Part shown: positions 8,211 to 19,700 of the stretch, piece by piece
Layout of the letters: every line of letters starts with the position of its first letter
Numbering within the stretch: the first letter of the stretch is position 1
Origin: a virus
Lineage: Duplodnaviria > Caudoviricetes
Direction: 5' to 3' (one strand)
IMG/VR virus record: IMGVR_UViG_3300033978_000202
Location: 1 to 63,364 of that record
DNA: 63,364 nt
Notes under the pieces: model-generated
The model's input: the letters and a program-made list of their open reading frames with translations, nothing else
The model's database searches: none
Told to the model about the DNA's origin: nothing
Position numbers and translations under genes: made by a program

Positions 8211-8360
8211 TGTGTCAATTTAAGTCTCCCTCTATTCTCTATATATATCTCTATATATATATATTATTCTATAGAATACAGGTCAAAAAAAATATTAACA
8301 TAATCGACATCGGCTTCAGAGTCAGCAAGTTACACGACATTTTTTCGACACAACCTTAAC
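8211..8360. other. Putative replication origin A
   Basis: (TA)n tract 8230-8263, three CGACA repeats, IHF-like GTCAGCAAGTTA; directly upstream of primase-helicase. Confidence 0.55.
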
Positions 8361-8364
8361 ATTT

Positions 8365-10770
8365 ATGACATCACAAGTAACCATATTCCAAAACATCAAA
8401 GAGACAAGCACTCCCTTTCACAGGGAGGTGGGTGTAATCCTTGAGCGTATCAAGGATGGCGCAACCAAGGAGCTCGTCAAGAAGATACGTGCAGAGAAGC
8501 GCAAGGCTGAGCGTAATGAGCTGAAGAAGCAACTGCCTGCCATCTGTTTCAGTGGTACGTTTAACAAGCGTGCAGACACAGCCCTGATTGAACATAGCGG
8601 TCTCATCTGTCTTGACTTCGATGGGTACGACAAGCAGAAGGTATTACTCAACGACAAGGAGACCCTGAGCAAGAACAAGTATGTCTATTCTGTGTTCATT
8701 TCTCCGTCCGGCAATGGGCTGAAGGTACTCGTTAAGATACCTGCCGATGCAGAGAACCATCAGAATTACTTTAATAGCTTAGAAAAGTACTTTAATTCCC
8801 CTTATTTCGACAAGACGAGTAAGAACATCAGCCGAGTGTGTTACGAGTCCTATGACCCTCTAATCCACGTAAACGAGAACTCATCGGTATGGGATACCAT
8901 CGAAGAGCCTGAGTACACGGAGGTGAACAAGCTACGGGACACGGCAACCATCCCGATCACGGACGAGAATAAGATAGTGGAGATACTCGTCAAGTGGTGG
9001 CAGAAGAAGTACCCGATGACCGAGGGACAGCGTAATCAGAACTGCTACGTCCTTGCGATGGCGTTCAATGACTTCGGTATCAACAAGAGTCTTGCCGGAT
9101 ACGTACTAAACCAATACTCAACGGCTGACTTCCCACTCAAAGAGATTCAACGAACGATAGATTCGGCTTATCAGAATACAGCCAACTTCGGGACCAAGTA
9201 CTACGAGGATGAGGAGAGAGTAAACCAAATCAAAGCAAAGCTAAGGCGTGGTGTCTCAAAAAAAGAGGTGCGCCTCCAACTGCAGGACTCCAATTTGGAT
9301 GGCGACACGATCGAAGCGGTGCTTGCAAAGGTCGAGGAGGAGAACGCCAAGCAGACCTTTTGGACAAAGAACGACAAGGGGGTCATTAAGATAGTACATA
9401 TTCTCTTTAAGCAATTCCTCGAGGACTCAGGCTTCTACAAGTACTGCCCCGAGGGTGGGAAGAACTACGTGTTCGTGAAGGTGACCAATAACCTAATCGA
9501 CCACACATCAGAGAAGGAGATAAAAGACTTTATACTTAACCACTTGCTTGAGCTTGACGACATAATGGTGTATAACTATTTCGCTGATAACACACGCTTC
9601 TTTAAGGAAGAGTTCTTGTCAATGCTATCTACTATTGACATCTACTTTATTGAGGATACCAAGGAGGCAGCGTATTTATACTACAAGAACTGTGCAGTGA
9701 AGATAACAAGCGAAGGCATCACATCAATTGACTACCTTGACTTAGGCGGTTACGTTTGGAAAGACCACGTCATTGATCGGAACTTCAGTATGTGTAAGGT
9801 CACATCAAGGTGTGACTACCGGCAGTTCATCCGCAACATCTGCGGTAATGATGACAGCAGGGTGTCATCAATGGAGAGTACAATTGGATTCCTGCTGCAC
9901 GGATACAAGAACCTCAGCTTCTGCCCTGCGGTCATCCTGAATGATGAGGTCATCAGCGACAACCCCGAGGGTGGAACAGGGAAGGGATTATTTATGAACG
10001 CCCTCAGCAATATGAAGAAGGTGGTAACGATAGATGGTAAGAGCTTCACCTTTGAGCGGAGCTTCGCCTATCAATTGGTGTCTGCCGACACACAGATACT
10101 CGTGTTCGATGACGTGAAGAAACACTTTGACTTCGAGCGTCTGTTCAGTGTGGTAACAGAAGGACTAACGCTTGAGAAGAAGAACAAGGATGCGATTAAG
10201 ATTCCGTTCAGTAAGTCACCAAAGATTGCCATCACTACCAACTACGCCATCAAGGGTAGCGGTAATTCATTTGCTCGTAGGAAGTGGGAGCTTGAGCTGC
10301 ACCAATACTACTCCAAGGCGTACACGCCACTCGATGAGTTTGGTAAGCTGATGTTCGGGGATTGGAACGATGATGATTGGTGTGAGTTTGACAACTATAT
10401 GATCGGGTGCTTGAAGAGCTATCTTGATACAGGACTTGTGAAGAGTAAGTTCGTCAACCTTAAGATTCGTCAGCTATCAGCAGAGACAGCACACGACTTC
10501 ATCGAATGGTGCGGTCTTGTCGATGGGCAGCAGCGTAACACTGCGCTTGAGGTAGGTGTAAGACTATACAAGAATGACCTGTACCACGACTTCATTAACG
10601 AGTATCCTGACTACGGACCGAAGGCTAAGATGACCATCAGCAGAACCAAGTTCTATAAGTGGCTCGTGTCTTATGCTTTGTACAAGGAAGGTGTTACTCC
10701 GGAGGAAGGTCGTGACCTGAATGGCAGATGGATTATCATCAACAGAAAAAAGGAGGGAACAAATGAATGA
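8365..10770 (+). CDS. Primase-helicase (VirE-N/BT4734-like primase, PriCT-like domain, SF3-type helicase)
   Basis: KKQLPAICFSG, HSGLICLDFD, SPSGNGLK; EGQRNQ; Walker A GGTGKG, Walker B LVFDD, ITTN. Confidence 0.9.
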   Translation: MTSQVTIFQNIKETSTPFHREVGVILERIKDGATKELVKKIRAEKRKAERNELKKQLPAICFSGTFNKRADTALIEHSGLICLDFDGYDKQKVLLNDKETLSKNKYVYSVFISPSGNGLKVLVKIPADAENHQNYFNSLEKYFNSPYFDKTSKNISRVCYESYDPLIHVNENSSVWDTIEEPEYTEVNKLRDTATIPITDENKIVEILVKWWQKKYPMTEGQRNQNCYVLAMAFNDFGINKSLAGYVLNQYSTADFPLKEIQRTIDSAYQNTANFGTKYYEDEERVNQIKAKLRRGVSKKEVRLQLQDSNLDGDTIEAVLAKVEEENAKQTFWTKNDKGVIKIVHILFKQFLEDSGFYKYCPEGGKNYVFVKVTNNLIDHTSEKEIKDFILNHLLELDDIMVYNYFADNTRFFKEEFLSMLSTIDIYFIEDTKEAAYLYYKNCAVKITSEGITSIDYLDLGGYVWKDHVIDRNFSMCKVTSRCDYRQFIRNICGNDDSRVSSMESTIGFLLHGYKNLSFCPAVILNDEVISDNPEGGTGKGLFMNALSNMKKVVTIDGKSFTFERSFAYQLVSADTQILVFDDVKKHFDFERLFSVVTEGLTLEKKNKDAIKIPFSKSPKIAITTNYAIKGSGNSFARRKWELELHQYYSKAYTPLDEFGKLMFGDWNDDDWCEFDNYMIGCLKSYLDTGLVKSKFVNLKIRQLSAETAHDFIEWCGLVDGQQRNTALEVGVRLYKNDLYHDFINEYPDYGPKAKMTISRTKFYKWLVSYALYKEGVTPEEGRDLNGRWIIINRKKEGTNE

Positions 10771-12247
10771 GATAGTTGAGCGCACGCCCGGAGCTTCTGA
10801 CTACAATATGTTCAAGTACTGCGAAATACTTTGTAAGGTGATGAGTCAGACTAAGGAAGTGAAGATTGGAAGAGGGAAGACTATCGAAGTTCATCAAACG
10901 TACAAGTATAAAGACGCTCCGCAAATATTGCCACGGCTTGAGCGCAGCCGTGATTATTACAAGGAGCTTCACGAAAAAGGAGGTAGCCAAGTGCAATTCA
11001 GACAATACCAAAAAGACATCATCGCTTCAGGATTCACCATACTGCAGGAGCACCGCTTCTTATACCTTGCTATGGAGGTGAGAACAGGCAAGACATTAAC
11101 GAGTCTCGGCATTGCCAATGAGATGAGAGTTAAACACGTGCTGTTCGTCACCAAGAAGAAAGCAATGGGTAGTATCGAGGAAGACTATGCAATGTTCAAC
11201 CCATCATTTAAGATGACGGTCATCAACTACGAGAGCTTGCATCACGTAATGGATGACGAGATGTGGGACTTGATTATCCTTGATGAGGCGCACAGCTTAG
11301 GAGCATTTGCTAAACCAAGCGAGAGAGCAATAATGGTAAGAGACTTGATCGAAAAGTGTAGACCAATGGTGATACTGCTGAGCGGTACGCCAACACCGGA
11401 GAGTTACTCTCAGATGTATCATCAGGTCTATGGCATACCGAACAATCCGTTCAGGCATTACAAAAACTTTTACCGGTTTGCTGATGAGCATATCAAGATT
11501 AAGCAAAAGAAAATCAACGGGCTCTTTGTTAAAGACTACAGCCACGGGAAGGACAGCATTATCGAGGCAATGAAACCATACACCATCAACTACTCTCAGG
11601 AGGAGGCAGGCTTTGTTACGCAGGTAACCGAGGAGATACTTGAGGTGGAGCTAAAGGATAGCACCAAGACTTTGATCAAGAAACTGCAGAAGGATAAGGT
11701 GATTGAGGGTAAGAGCGAGGTAATACTTGCAGACACACCCGTGAAATTAATGATGAAGATACACCAACTTTGCAGTGGAACGATTAAGTTTGAGAGTGGC
11801 AACAGTATGGTGCTCGATACTACCAAAGCTGAATACATCAAGGATTACTTTGCCGGCTGCAAGATTGGAATCTTCTACAAGTTTAAGGAAGAATTGTCTG
11901 CGCTAAAGCAAGTGTTCAAGGATGACTTGACAACTGAGCTCAGTGTCTTTGAAGACACTGATAAGAACATCGCACTACAGATTGTTAGTGGACGTGAGGG
12001 AATCAGCTTGAAAAAGGCTGACTACTTAGTGTACTACAACATTGACTTTAGTGCGACAAGCTATTGGCAAAGCAAAGACAGGATGACAACCAAGGAGCGT
12101 GCGTTCAACCACGTGTATTGGATATTTAGTAAGGATGGAATCGAGCACGACATTTACAAAGCTGTAACCAAGAAGAAGGACTATACCGTAAATCATTTTA
12201 GGAAAGACTTTTATGACGGAGCAACAGGTACAATCGAAGCTGATTAA
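10763..12247 (+). CDS. SF2 (SNF2-like) helicase
   Basis: MEVRTGKT, LDEAH, LSGTP, GREGISL, QSKDR; start moved to MNEIV. Confidence 0.85.
   Translation: MNEIVERTPGASDYNMFKYCEILCKVMSQTKEVKIGRGKTIEVHQTYKYKDAPQILPRLERSRDYYKELHEKGGSQVQFRQYQKDIIASGFTILQEHRFLYLAMEVRTGKTLTSLGIANEMRVKHVLFVTKKKAMGSIEEDYAMFNPSFKMTVINYESLHHVMDDEMWDLIILDEAHSLGAFAKPSERAIMVRDLIEKCRPMVILLSGTPTPESYSQMYHQVYGIPNNPFRHYKNFYRFADEHIKIKQKKINGLFVKDYSHGKDSIIEAMKPYTINYSQEEAGFVTQVTEEILEVELKDSTKTLIKKLQKDKVIEGKSEVILADTPVKLMMKIHQLCSGTIKFESGNSMVLDTTKAEYIKDYFAGCKIGIFYKFKEELSALKQVFKDDLTTELSVFEDTDKNIALQIVSGREGISLKKADYLVYYNIDFSATSYWQSKDRMTTKERAFNHVYWIFSKDGIEHDIYKAVTKKKDYTVNHFRKDFYDGATGTIEAD
11943..11958 (-). repeat. 16-bp quasi-palindrome, copy 4 (inside helicase gene)
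   Basis: GTGTCTTTGAAGACAC on +; arms extend to CAG..CTG. Confidence 0.9.
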
Positions 12248-12467
12248 AGAGCTTGAAGACAAGGGATACTACGTGATCAAGTTGGTGAAGACCAACAAGA
12301 ATGGCATCCCTGACCTTATTGCTATCCCTAAAAATTCTGACGTGGAGTTCTTCGAGGTGAAGCGTGCAGATGGTAAAGTATCTAAACTACAAGAGTATCG
12401 AATTAAAGAACTAAAAAAATATGGAATTAAAGCAACAGTTTATTACGGTCCCAAGAAACCTGAGTGA
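12213..12467 (+). CDS. VRR-NUC domain nuclease
   Basis: TEQQVQ...GIPDL...FFEVK...SKLQ. Confidence 0.85.
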   Translation: MTEQQVQSKLIKELEDKGYYVIKLVKTNKNGIPDLIAIPKNSDVEFFEVKRADGKVSKLQEYRIKELKKYGIKATVYYGPKKPE

Positions 12468-12957
12468 GCAAGACCACGCACAACGGGTGGTTGAGATGGT
12501 GATGGGAGTGAGAGTTGGCGACAAGAACCGGAAGCGGCAGGTCGTGGAGGCGAGGATGATGTTCTCGTCTATGCTTAGAGATATGGGGTATTCTCTGAAG
12601 GAGATTGGTTCGGTGTTGAAGAAAGACCACACCACAATTATACACTACCTACGAAAGCTCAGAGAACTAACTGAAGTGGATAGGTCTCTGTTCAAAAAGT
12701 ATATAAAGTGTAGAGAGTTGTTGATGTTAAATGAAGAGCCCGTAAATTTAGAAGAAGAATTGGAACGCTTACGCAAACAGGTTGAGCTACTGAAGATGGA
12801 GAACTATATTCTTTCTGAAGAGAAGACTGAGTTGACAAAGCAATTGTCGAGCGATGAGAAGCGCCTACAAAAAATTTTCAAACTAATTGAAGAAAACACA
12901 CAGCACGGATATGAGGGAATTGTTGAACGCAAAATAAGAAAGATGTTCGATGAATGA
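12421..12957 (+). CDS. Second DnaA domain IV-like HTH protein with C-terminal coiled coil
   Basis: RKRQVVEARMMF...YSLKEIGSVLKKDHTTIIH. Confidence 0.75.
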   Translation: MELKQQFITVPRNLSEQDHAQRVVEMVMGVRVGDKNRKRQVVEARMMFSSMLRDMGYSLKEIGSVLKKDHTTIIHYLRKLRELTEVDRSLFKKYIKCRELLMLNEEPVNLEEELERLRKQVELLKMENYILSEEKTELTKQLSSDEKRLQKIFKLIEENTQHGYEGIVERKIRKMFDE

Positions 12958-13135
12958 GCAGGAAAACAATCGTGCCCAACGCATAGCGTATATGACTGAG
13001 GGCTTTCACGAAATCGTGACTTCCATCTACGAGAAATTGGTGGACAGGGAATACGACTCCGCTACTCAAGACATTAAAGAACTAATGCGTGACCTTCGTG
13101 CGACATTAAAACTTATAGAAGATGAAGACTTTTGA
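12950..13135 (+). CDS. Small hypothetical protein
   Basis: Overlapping operon ORF. Confidence 0.6.
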   Translation: MNEQENNRAQRIAYMTEGFHEIVTSIYEKLVDREYDSATQDIKELMRDLRATLKLIEDEDF

Positions 13136-13538
13136 AACAGAACAAGACAGGAAAAGAGAGCAGAAAGCCATCGAGACATTCGTCAAGATGTTCGGTGGCT
13201 CATTTCAAAAGCTCGGTCAACAAGATGTTGACTACAGAATATTTGACAAAGACAAGAACCTGATAGCTTATGCTGAGGTGAAGGGTAGGATACGACCGCT
13301 GAGGGATGCCTACCCTTTGCCGGTGGCACTTGCCAAGCTGAATAAACTGATCGAGAAAAGACACAACCCTGTATTGATATGGGCTTGCGAGGATGGCATC
13401 ATCTATGGCAAAGTATTCTCCCTTGTAGGCGAAGTAAAGTTAGGCGGTCGCCCTCCACGTGAGGAAGCCGTTAATGACATCGAGATGATGGTCTACTTTG
13501 AAAGACAGAAAGGTCTTAAGTACGTAAGGTTTAGTTAA
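13122..13538 (+). CDS. Putative PD-(D/E)XK nuclease
   Basis: VDY...YAEVKGR. Confidence 0.6.
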   Translation: MKTFETEQDRKREQKAIETFVKMFGGSFQKLGQQDVDYRIFDKDKNLIAYAEVKGRIRPLRDAYPLPVALAKLNKLIEKRHNPVLIWACEDGIIYGKVFSLVGEVKLGGRPPREEAVNDIEMMVYFERQKGLKYVRFS

Positions 13539-13797
13539 CCTCTTCTTCTTTCTTATCCTTGAAAGACTTTAGGATATGAGCCACTGACTCGATGGTGGTA
13601 AGACCAAGTGATACTGCAACAAGTACAGTTACGCTATACACCAATGAATCTGCAGGAGCAAAGTGAGATTCACTATGTGAGTTGTCCCACATCGTCCAAA
13701 ATAAAAACATTGCTCCGATTATTCCCACGAGCCTCTTGCTTGAGTTGTTACTCTCAGAGGAGAAGAATCCTCCCATCCATTTGAATAGTTGTTTCAT
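13531..13797 (-). CDS. Two-TM membrane protein, holin-like
   Basis: SSKRL followed by two hydrophobic helices and a charged tail. Confidence 0.55.
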   Translation of the reverse strand: MKQLFKWMGGFFSSESNNSSKRLVGIIGAMFLFWTMWDNSHSESHFAPADSLVYSVTVLVAVSLGLTTIESVAHILKSFKDKKEEEVN

Positions 13798-16700
13798 TTT
13801 TTTTGTTTTTCTTTTCCGTAAATAGTGTTTCCTCCTGATTGCTTAGGCACGTATTCATACATCTCATCTTTTATCTCACGCCTAATTCTTTCTTTTTCTT
13901 TTCTCATCTCGCTTTTCATCTTCTCAATATCATAAAGAACTCCACCCTCACCATACAAATCCTCATACATCTCAGGGTAGTAACGCTTCATATCTTCCTT
14001 GCCAATCTTATTCATCGGCTTGGTCACTTCTGCTTTCTCTAAATCCTTATAGAGTTCTTTGTTTACAATCTTACGGACATCTTTGTAAAGAGGAATGAGC
14101 CCAAGGTTACCCATTATCTCAAGAGGAATACGAATACCTACCTCTTTTTCACTACGCTGTATAGCATCAGCCTGTTTCTTAGGTTCCTCTGTAGCCTTAC
14201 GAATCATCAAATCTAATGTCTTAGCTGATGGACCAAACGGACCAAGCATATTCATAAGCAAGTCTCCCATATCCGTCTTCTTACCTTTCTTCTCAGCAGG
14301 GATAACGGTATACTGAAGAGCATCTTTGTATGGGTCATACTCTCCTTCACGAAGGAAGTCGAGATAGTTTTCATTTACTCTTTCTACCCCATATCCAATC
14401 AGATTCTTGGTTGCGTTACCAAAGTCACGACCTAATAGTAATGATGTAGCAGAAGACAACATACCCTGACCAATCTTTTGCTCGATTGACTTCTCGTCAT
14501 CCTCATCTTCATCAGGCACAAACAGACCAACTAAAGCTGAAGACAAAGCCTGAGTAATCAAAGTATAGGCTGTCATCCTTGTGGCAACCGCAGCGAGCAA
14601 AGCAACGCCTGTCTTTCTTGACAATGTTCCATTACCCATAGCCGCATTGATGCCGGTACGAGCAGTGATATATTCATAGATCAAGAAGCGAGTCATAAAG
14701 TTATTGAAGATGTTGAACCCTCTGATGAGTGCGCTTTGATTCTGCTTAGGCGTACCCTTTAGGATGCCCATAAAAGCATTGTCAGTTGCACCGGTAAGTA
14801 CAGTCTTCTCATCAGCATAGTTCTTAGCTGCGTCAAGAGCTTCTTTGTTTGAAGCCATATACCGCTCGTCATTCTCAGCTATCTTATCAAAGTCAGGCTC
14901 GGCTCCGGTAATCTTTTTGAACTCATTAGCAAAGGCTCCGAACCACATTGGACGCATCACCATCTTATCAGGAGTAGCAATCAACGCATCAGCCATTGTC
15001 TCTACAGCGTTCTGATACTTCTTCAAAGAGATATTATATATCTGCTGTATTTTATTTCTGACATCATTTTGAGCCCTACCACCTTTTACGCCACTTGCTT
15101 GGTTCATTATCGAAGCATCAATAAGTCTTCCACTAAGAGTATCGTGAGGGAATAAACGGTTAGTTTGTTTACTTCCTACGTTGCTCATAATAGTAGCAGC
15201 AGTTGGCGACAATACAACACCCCTATTTTTAAGACCGGCTTTGAAATCTTTTGGAGCAGCTATCATAGCAAACGCTATGTTAGATGATAACTCCCCAACA
15301 AACCTTGGCGCACTTGCAAGTACAGCACGGTAGCCTTGCTTAGACATAAAGTTTACAGCATCATCAAGTAAAGATGTAGATGTAAAGTTATCTGTCAGCA
15401 GGTTGTCAACAGCTTCCTCATAAACTCTTTCAATAGCATTGAAAATGTTTTGCTGTTGTTTGGTTGCGCCTTCCTGCTCCATCAGCTTTGACGTTTCATT
15501 AATGGTCTTACGCCCTGTGCGTATGGGTTCAGTAAGATAGTAATCCATTAATACAAACTTAGCACCACGATTTGCTGAAGCAAACACGTCAAAGTTCAAT
15601 GGAGCAACCTTACCTGTACGTGCAATCAAAGACTTTGCTTTGGTAGAGGGACGCATTGATTCGTTGTAGCTATCAATGAAAGCCACACCGGATATAGCTT
15701 CGTCAGGTCTATGCTCGTGAAGTGTATTCAAGTGTACGTAATTATTCAATGGAGTAATCTTGTCTCCACGGACAATAGCTGCAGTGTATACAGCTTTCTC
15801 ACGTAAGTCCTCATTTACTTTTTGAATAGTCTTGATCGCATTTCTTTCAGCCTCATTGAATGAATCATACAACTTTTGGTTATCTATATTACCATTTGCA
15901 TCTGTGTACTCATCGTAAATTTCCTGAAGCATATCAGCATCACGCTCGCCAAAACTTGACTTACCCTTTCTAATGTGGTCAATTGTTTTCTTCAAGTACT
16001 CTGCTGCCGGATTAACCTGTTTGCTATCAGGGTTTGAATCGTGCTCAAGCTGTACCATATAGGTCATCATCTTGAACTTAGACATCAATGTTTTATTAGC
16101 GTCATTCTTGAATGATTTAGCTACAGCTTCTTGAGCTCTATCTAATTTATTATTTAACTCAGTGACTGCCTTTTGGAATTTAGCCTGCGCATCAGCAGCT
16201 TGAGCAAACAGTGAATTGAATATCTCCTTCGTGTTATAGTTGCCAAACACTTGGTCAATGTAGTACAACGGGTTTCTTCTTATCAACTCAACAAGACCAT
16301 CCTTCTTTGTCAGCCATCCTTTTATCTTGGAATATATTGAACTAAGCTTCAGAGGCTTTGCTTTTTGAACTGCATCATTAAGTGTCTTTGATTTATTGAT
16401 GGCGTTCATACGCTCAACAATAAGCTGAGTATAATGTGGAAGGTATCCGTTGTTTATGTTGTCAATCAAACGCAGCAGGTTCTTTAACTGTGCGTTGTCA
16501 AGACCATATACTGCATCTGTCTTGAGAAGTTTCTTTAACTCACGAGCAAGGTTACGCTCGTCTGCAGTTGGCAATCCTTCAGGATTTAGATCAGCAAGCT
16601 GTGCTGCATCTGCCATCACTTGATTCTCTGCCTCAATCTCAGCCTCACTACGTGGGTCCTTCTGTGTCATTGGAAGAATGGATGACTTATACTTACGCAT

Positions 16701-19700
16701 AATCTCAGCCTCCTCTTCAGTAATCACTTCGTCCTTCACCATATCTCGTATGGTTCCGGCATAGTCAACCTTGCCCTCATCATCAACAAGCTTACCATCA
16801 TAAGAATTGAATCGCTCAGCAAGCTCAGCAGCAAGTGACACATCTGCATCTACTGCATTAAGAATGTCATTAACATCTTTGGTGACAGCATTAATCTCTT
16901 CAAGTTGCAACACAGCCCTACGCTCACCCATCATTGTGACAAGCTTTGTGTATTTTTCAAACACAGCGTCAGGGATTAGGGTTGGCTTGATGGCAAGAAG
17001 GCGTTGCATCAGTGGGCTCAAGCTCTCTGCTATACCTATCTTAGTCTGTGCGTTTCTGCGTGCAGTTGGTAAAGCTTTGTTGATGGTACCAATCTGATCG
17101 GCATAGTTGGCGTTCTTAAACACCTTAGCCATATAGTCTACGAACCTACCTATTGAGTTGGGGTCAAACATATTGACACCACTAAACTTGCTAATGATAG
17201 CTGCCGTTTGCTTGGCTGTAATGAATCCCTTGTCTGTCATAGTACGCAAATACTTAACAAGCTCTCCGCTTGTGCGCACCCATAGCTTAATAGCATCCTT
17301 GGCTCCCTTTGCTTGGTCAGCAAGCTGCTTTTTCAACAGCTCGTACTCTGACATTGTAATCTCATTCACGTCTTTAGTCTCGCCAAAAAGTTTCTGAGGC
17401 TTAGGAGCTGCCTTCTCACGCTTACCAAATCGTTTGCGTATATCACGCACCATCTTCTCACGCTGCGTATCTGAGGCTGTCTCATATACTCGTGAGCCTT
17501 GCAGGTAAGCAATGGCGTTTTGCATTGCTTCCTCATTTGTATTGCCACGCTGCAGAGATTTTCTTACCACACCCTCAAGCTCGGTCATCATCCTGTTGAA
17601 TCCGGGTAGCTCCATCTCCGTAGTATCCTCCGGTTGCGCTTGCGCATCACGTTGTTGAGCAAGGGCGCTGATGGAATCAATTACATCTTGCTCGCTCACA
17701 TTGTTCTGTGCGGCAGCTCTTGTGATAGCTTCTTGCAGTGTGATACCTGTAGCGACAAGAGCCTTCACTGTTTTGATAATGGCTTTCATAACCGGTATAG
17801 CTATGTTGATACCGGCAGTTTCTCTACCAAACTTGGTAAGGTCACCATCTACCTTATCCAAAAATTCTTTTACTCTTTCAAGAGTAGTAGCATCTTTAGT
17901 GTCTGCTGTCATCAGCTCCTCCGTTGTTGGAGCAGCACGTTCTATATCACCTGTATCTGTCTCGTTAATCTCGTAGAACTCTGCAGGTAGAAGACCAATC
18001 TTCTGATCAGCGAACTTAAACTTCTCATATATCTGCTCCTCAATCTTACGAGCCTGTGAGTTAAGTCCTTCTTCACGAAGGGCACGTGCTTGCTGACGCA
18101 GTTCTTTAAGCGCCTCATTCTCTCCTGAGAAGTTAACGTATGAGTTCTGACCACGTGTCTCTGTGGTCATAGCCGCACGTGCAAGTGGTGAGTACATACG
18201 TGCGTGTACGTTCCAAGCGTTCTCCTCGCCTTTAGGACCAAATGAATTGCCGAGCTCAGCGTGTCCAAAGAAATCGTGGATGGCACGGAACACGTCATTC
18301 ACGAGCATAGTCTGCCCGTTCACATCTTTGAATCCTGAATCTCTTAGTAATGGGTTCTCTGCACGCTGCTCTTCTGTAATGGCAGCATCACCAAATCCTG
18401 ACTCGGTAGAAAAGATTTTCATACGCTGATTGTTTCTCAGGTCGTCAATCATCTCCTGAGAATTGGCGTATGGTTCTTCGTTATTTATCTCAACAACATA
18501 ACCGGCATCGAGGAAATCTTGATACTGATCAAGGGTTTCCTTAGCCATCGCTTCGTATGCAGCTCTGACTTGGGGGTCAGTTGGGTTGTGCTGCATAGCA
18601 GCAAACGCATTAGCTATGCGTCTTGCTCTTGCTTCGTCTAACCTTTGCGATCCGTTGTACCTCGGTCTTTTCTTGCCGAAAACTCTTTGATAATATCTAT
18701 CCGCAATTTGCGCAACTCTCTCGAGGGGCTTATTGAAAAGTCTGTTGCCGGGGCTTGGCTTGAAATACTCTCCGCTATCAACGCCTTGGAACTCGGCATC
18801 CCTCCTGACTGCTTCTTCGACTGCTTGAAGAATGTTTTGCCCACTCGGTCCAAGTTCGGACCCTTTAGCTTTAATTCTTCCAAGAATTTTTTTCCTGCTT
18901 GCAACGCCAACTCTTCGGGAATCGACCGGACGGAAGTCTTGTTGTTCATAATTTATTCCTTTTGATTTAAGTAGTTCTACAAATGTACCAATGTTTTTCT
19001 GTAACTGTGGGTCAGCAAAGTCTAATACGTCAATGAATGATACCTCACCTGTCTTCTCGTTGATACTAAAGTCAGTGATACCTGCTTCCTTTAACGCATC
19101 TATTGCACCATCTACATCAGATACTTTAACGCTATACTCATTGGCGTTGTGCGTCTTACCACCCTGTTCGGTATACTGTGCAGCAATGGCTGCCTCCTGC
19201 ACCTGTGGAGCAAATGCACTTACGAGTGCAGCATATTCTTCAGCCTGCTCGATGGTAGCACCCTCAAGGTCTACAGCGTTTGATATTTCTACAATCCTTT
19301 CACCTTTATTATTCTCATACCCACCAATAAACTCAAGGACGTTGGTCTTGATACCAAGTAAACTGCCAATATCTGCAAGTGTTTGCAGGTATCCCTTATA
19401 CGCAGGAGACTCTCTTAATGCTGCAGCTTCTGAGGTAGACCCAACTTGTGTGTTAAAGAATGGAGCTACATTTACCCGTGTCTTTGAAGACACTTTTTGA
19501 AGAGCATCTAATTCGTTAAGAGCTTCATCCACTGCTATGGTTTGATCTCCAATAGTGATGGTCTCTTGATCATCTTCTACAGCAGCGAGCGCTTTGATTA
19601 GCGCATCTTTCCTTTCTTGTTGTTCGGGGCTGAGGACTTTTTCACCCTCTTGGGTAATGACTTCAAGTCCTGTTTTGGGTTCTCCTTGCGCCAACGCTTC

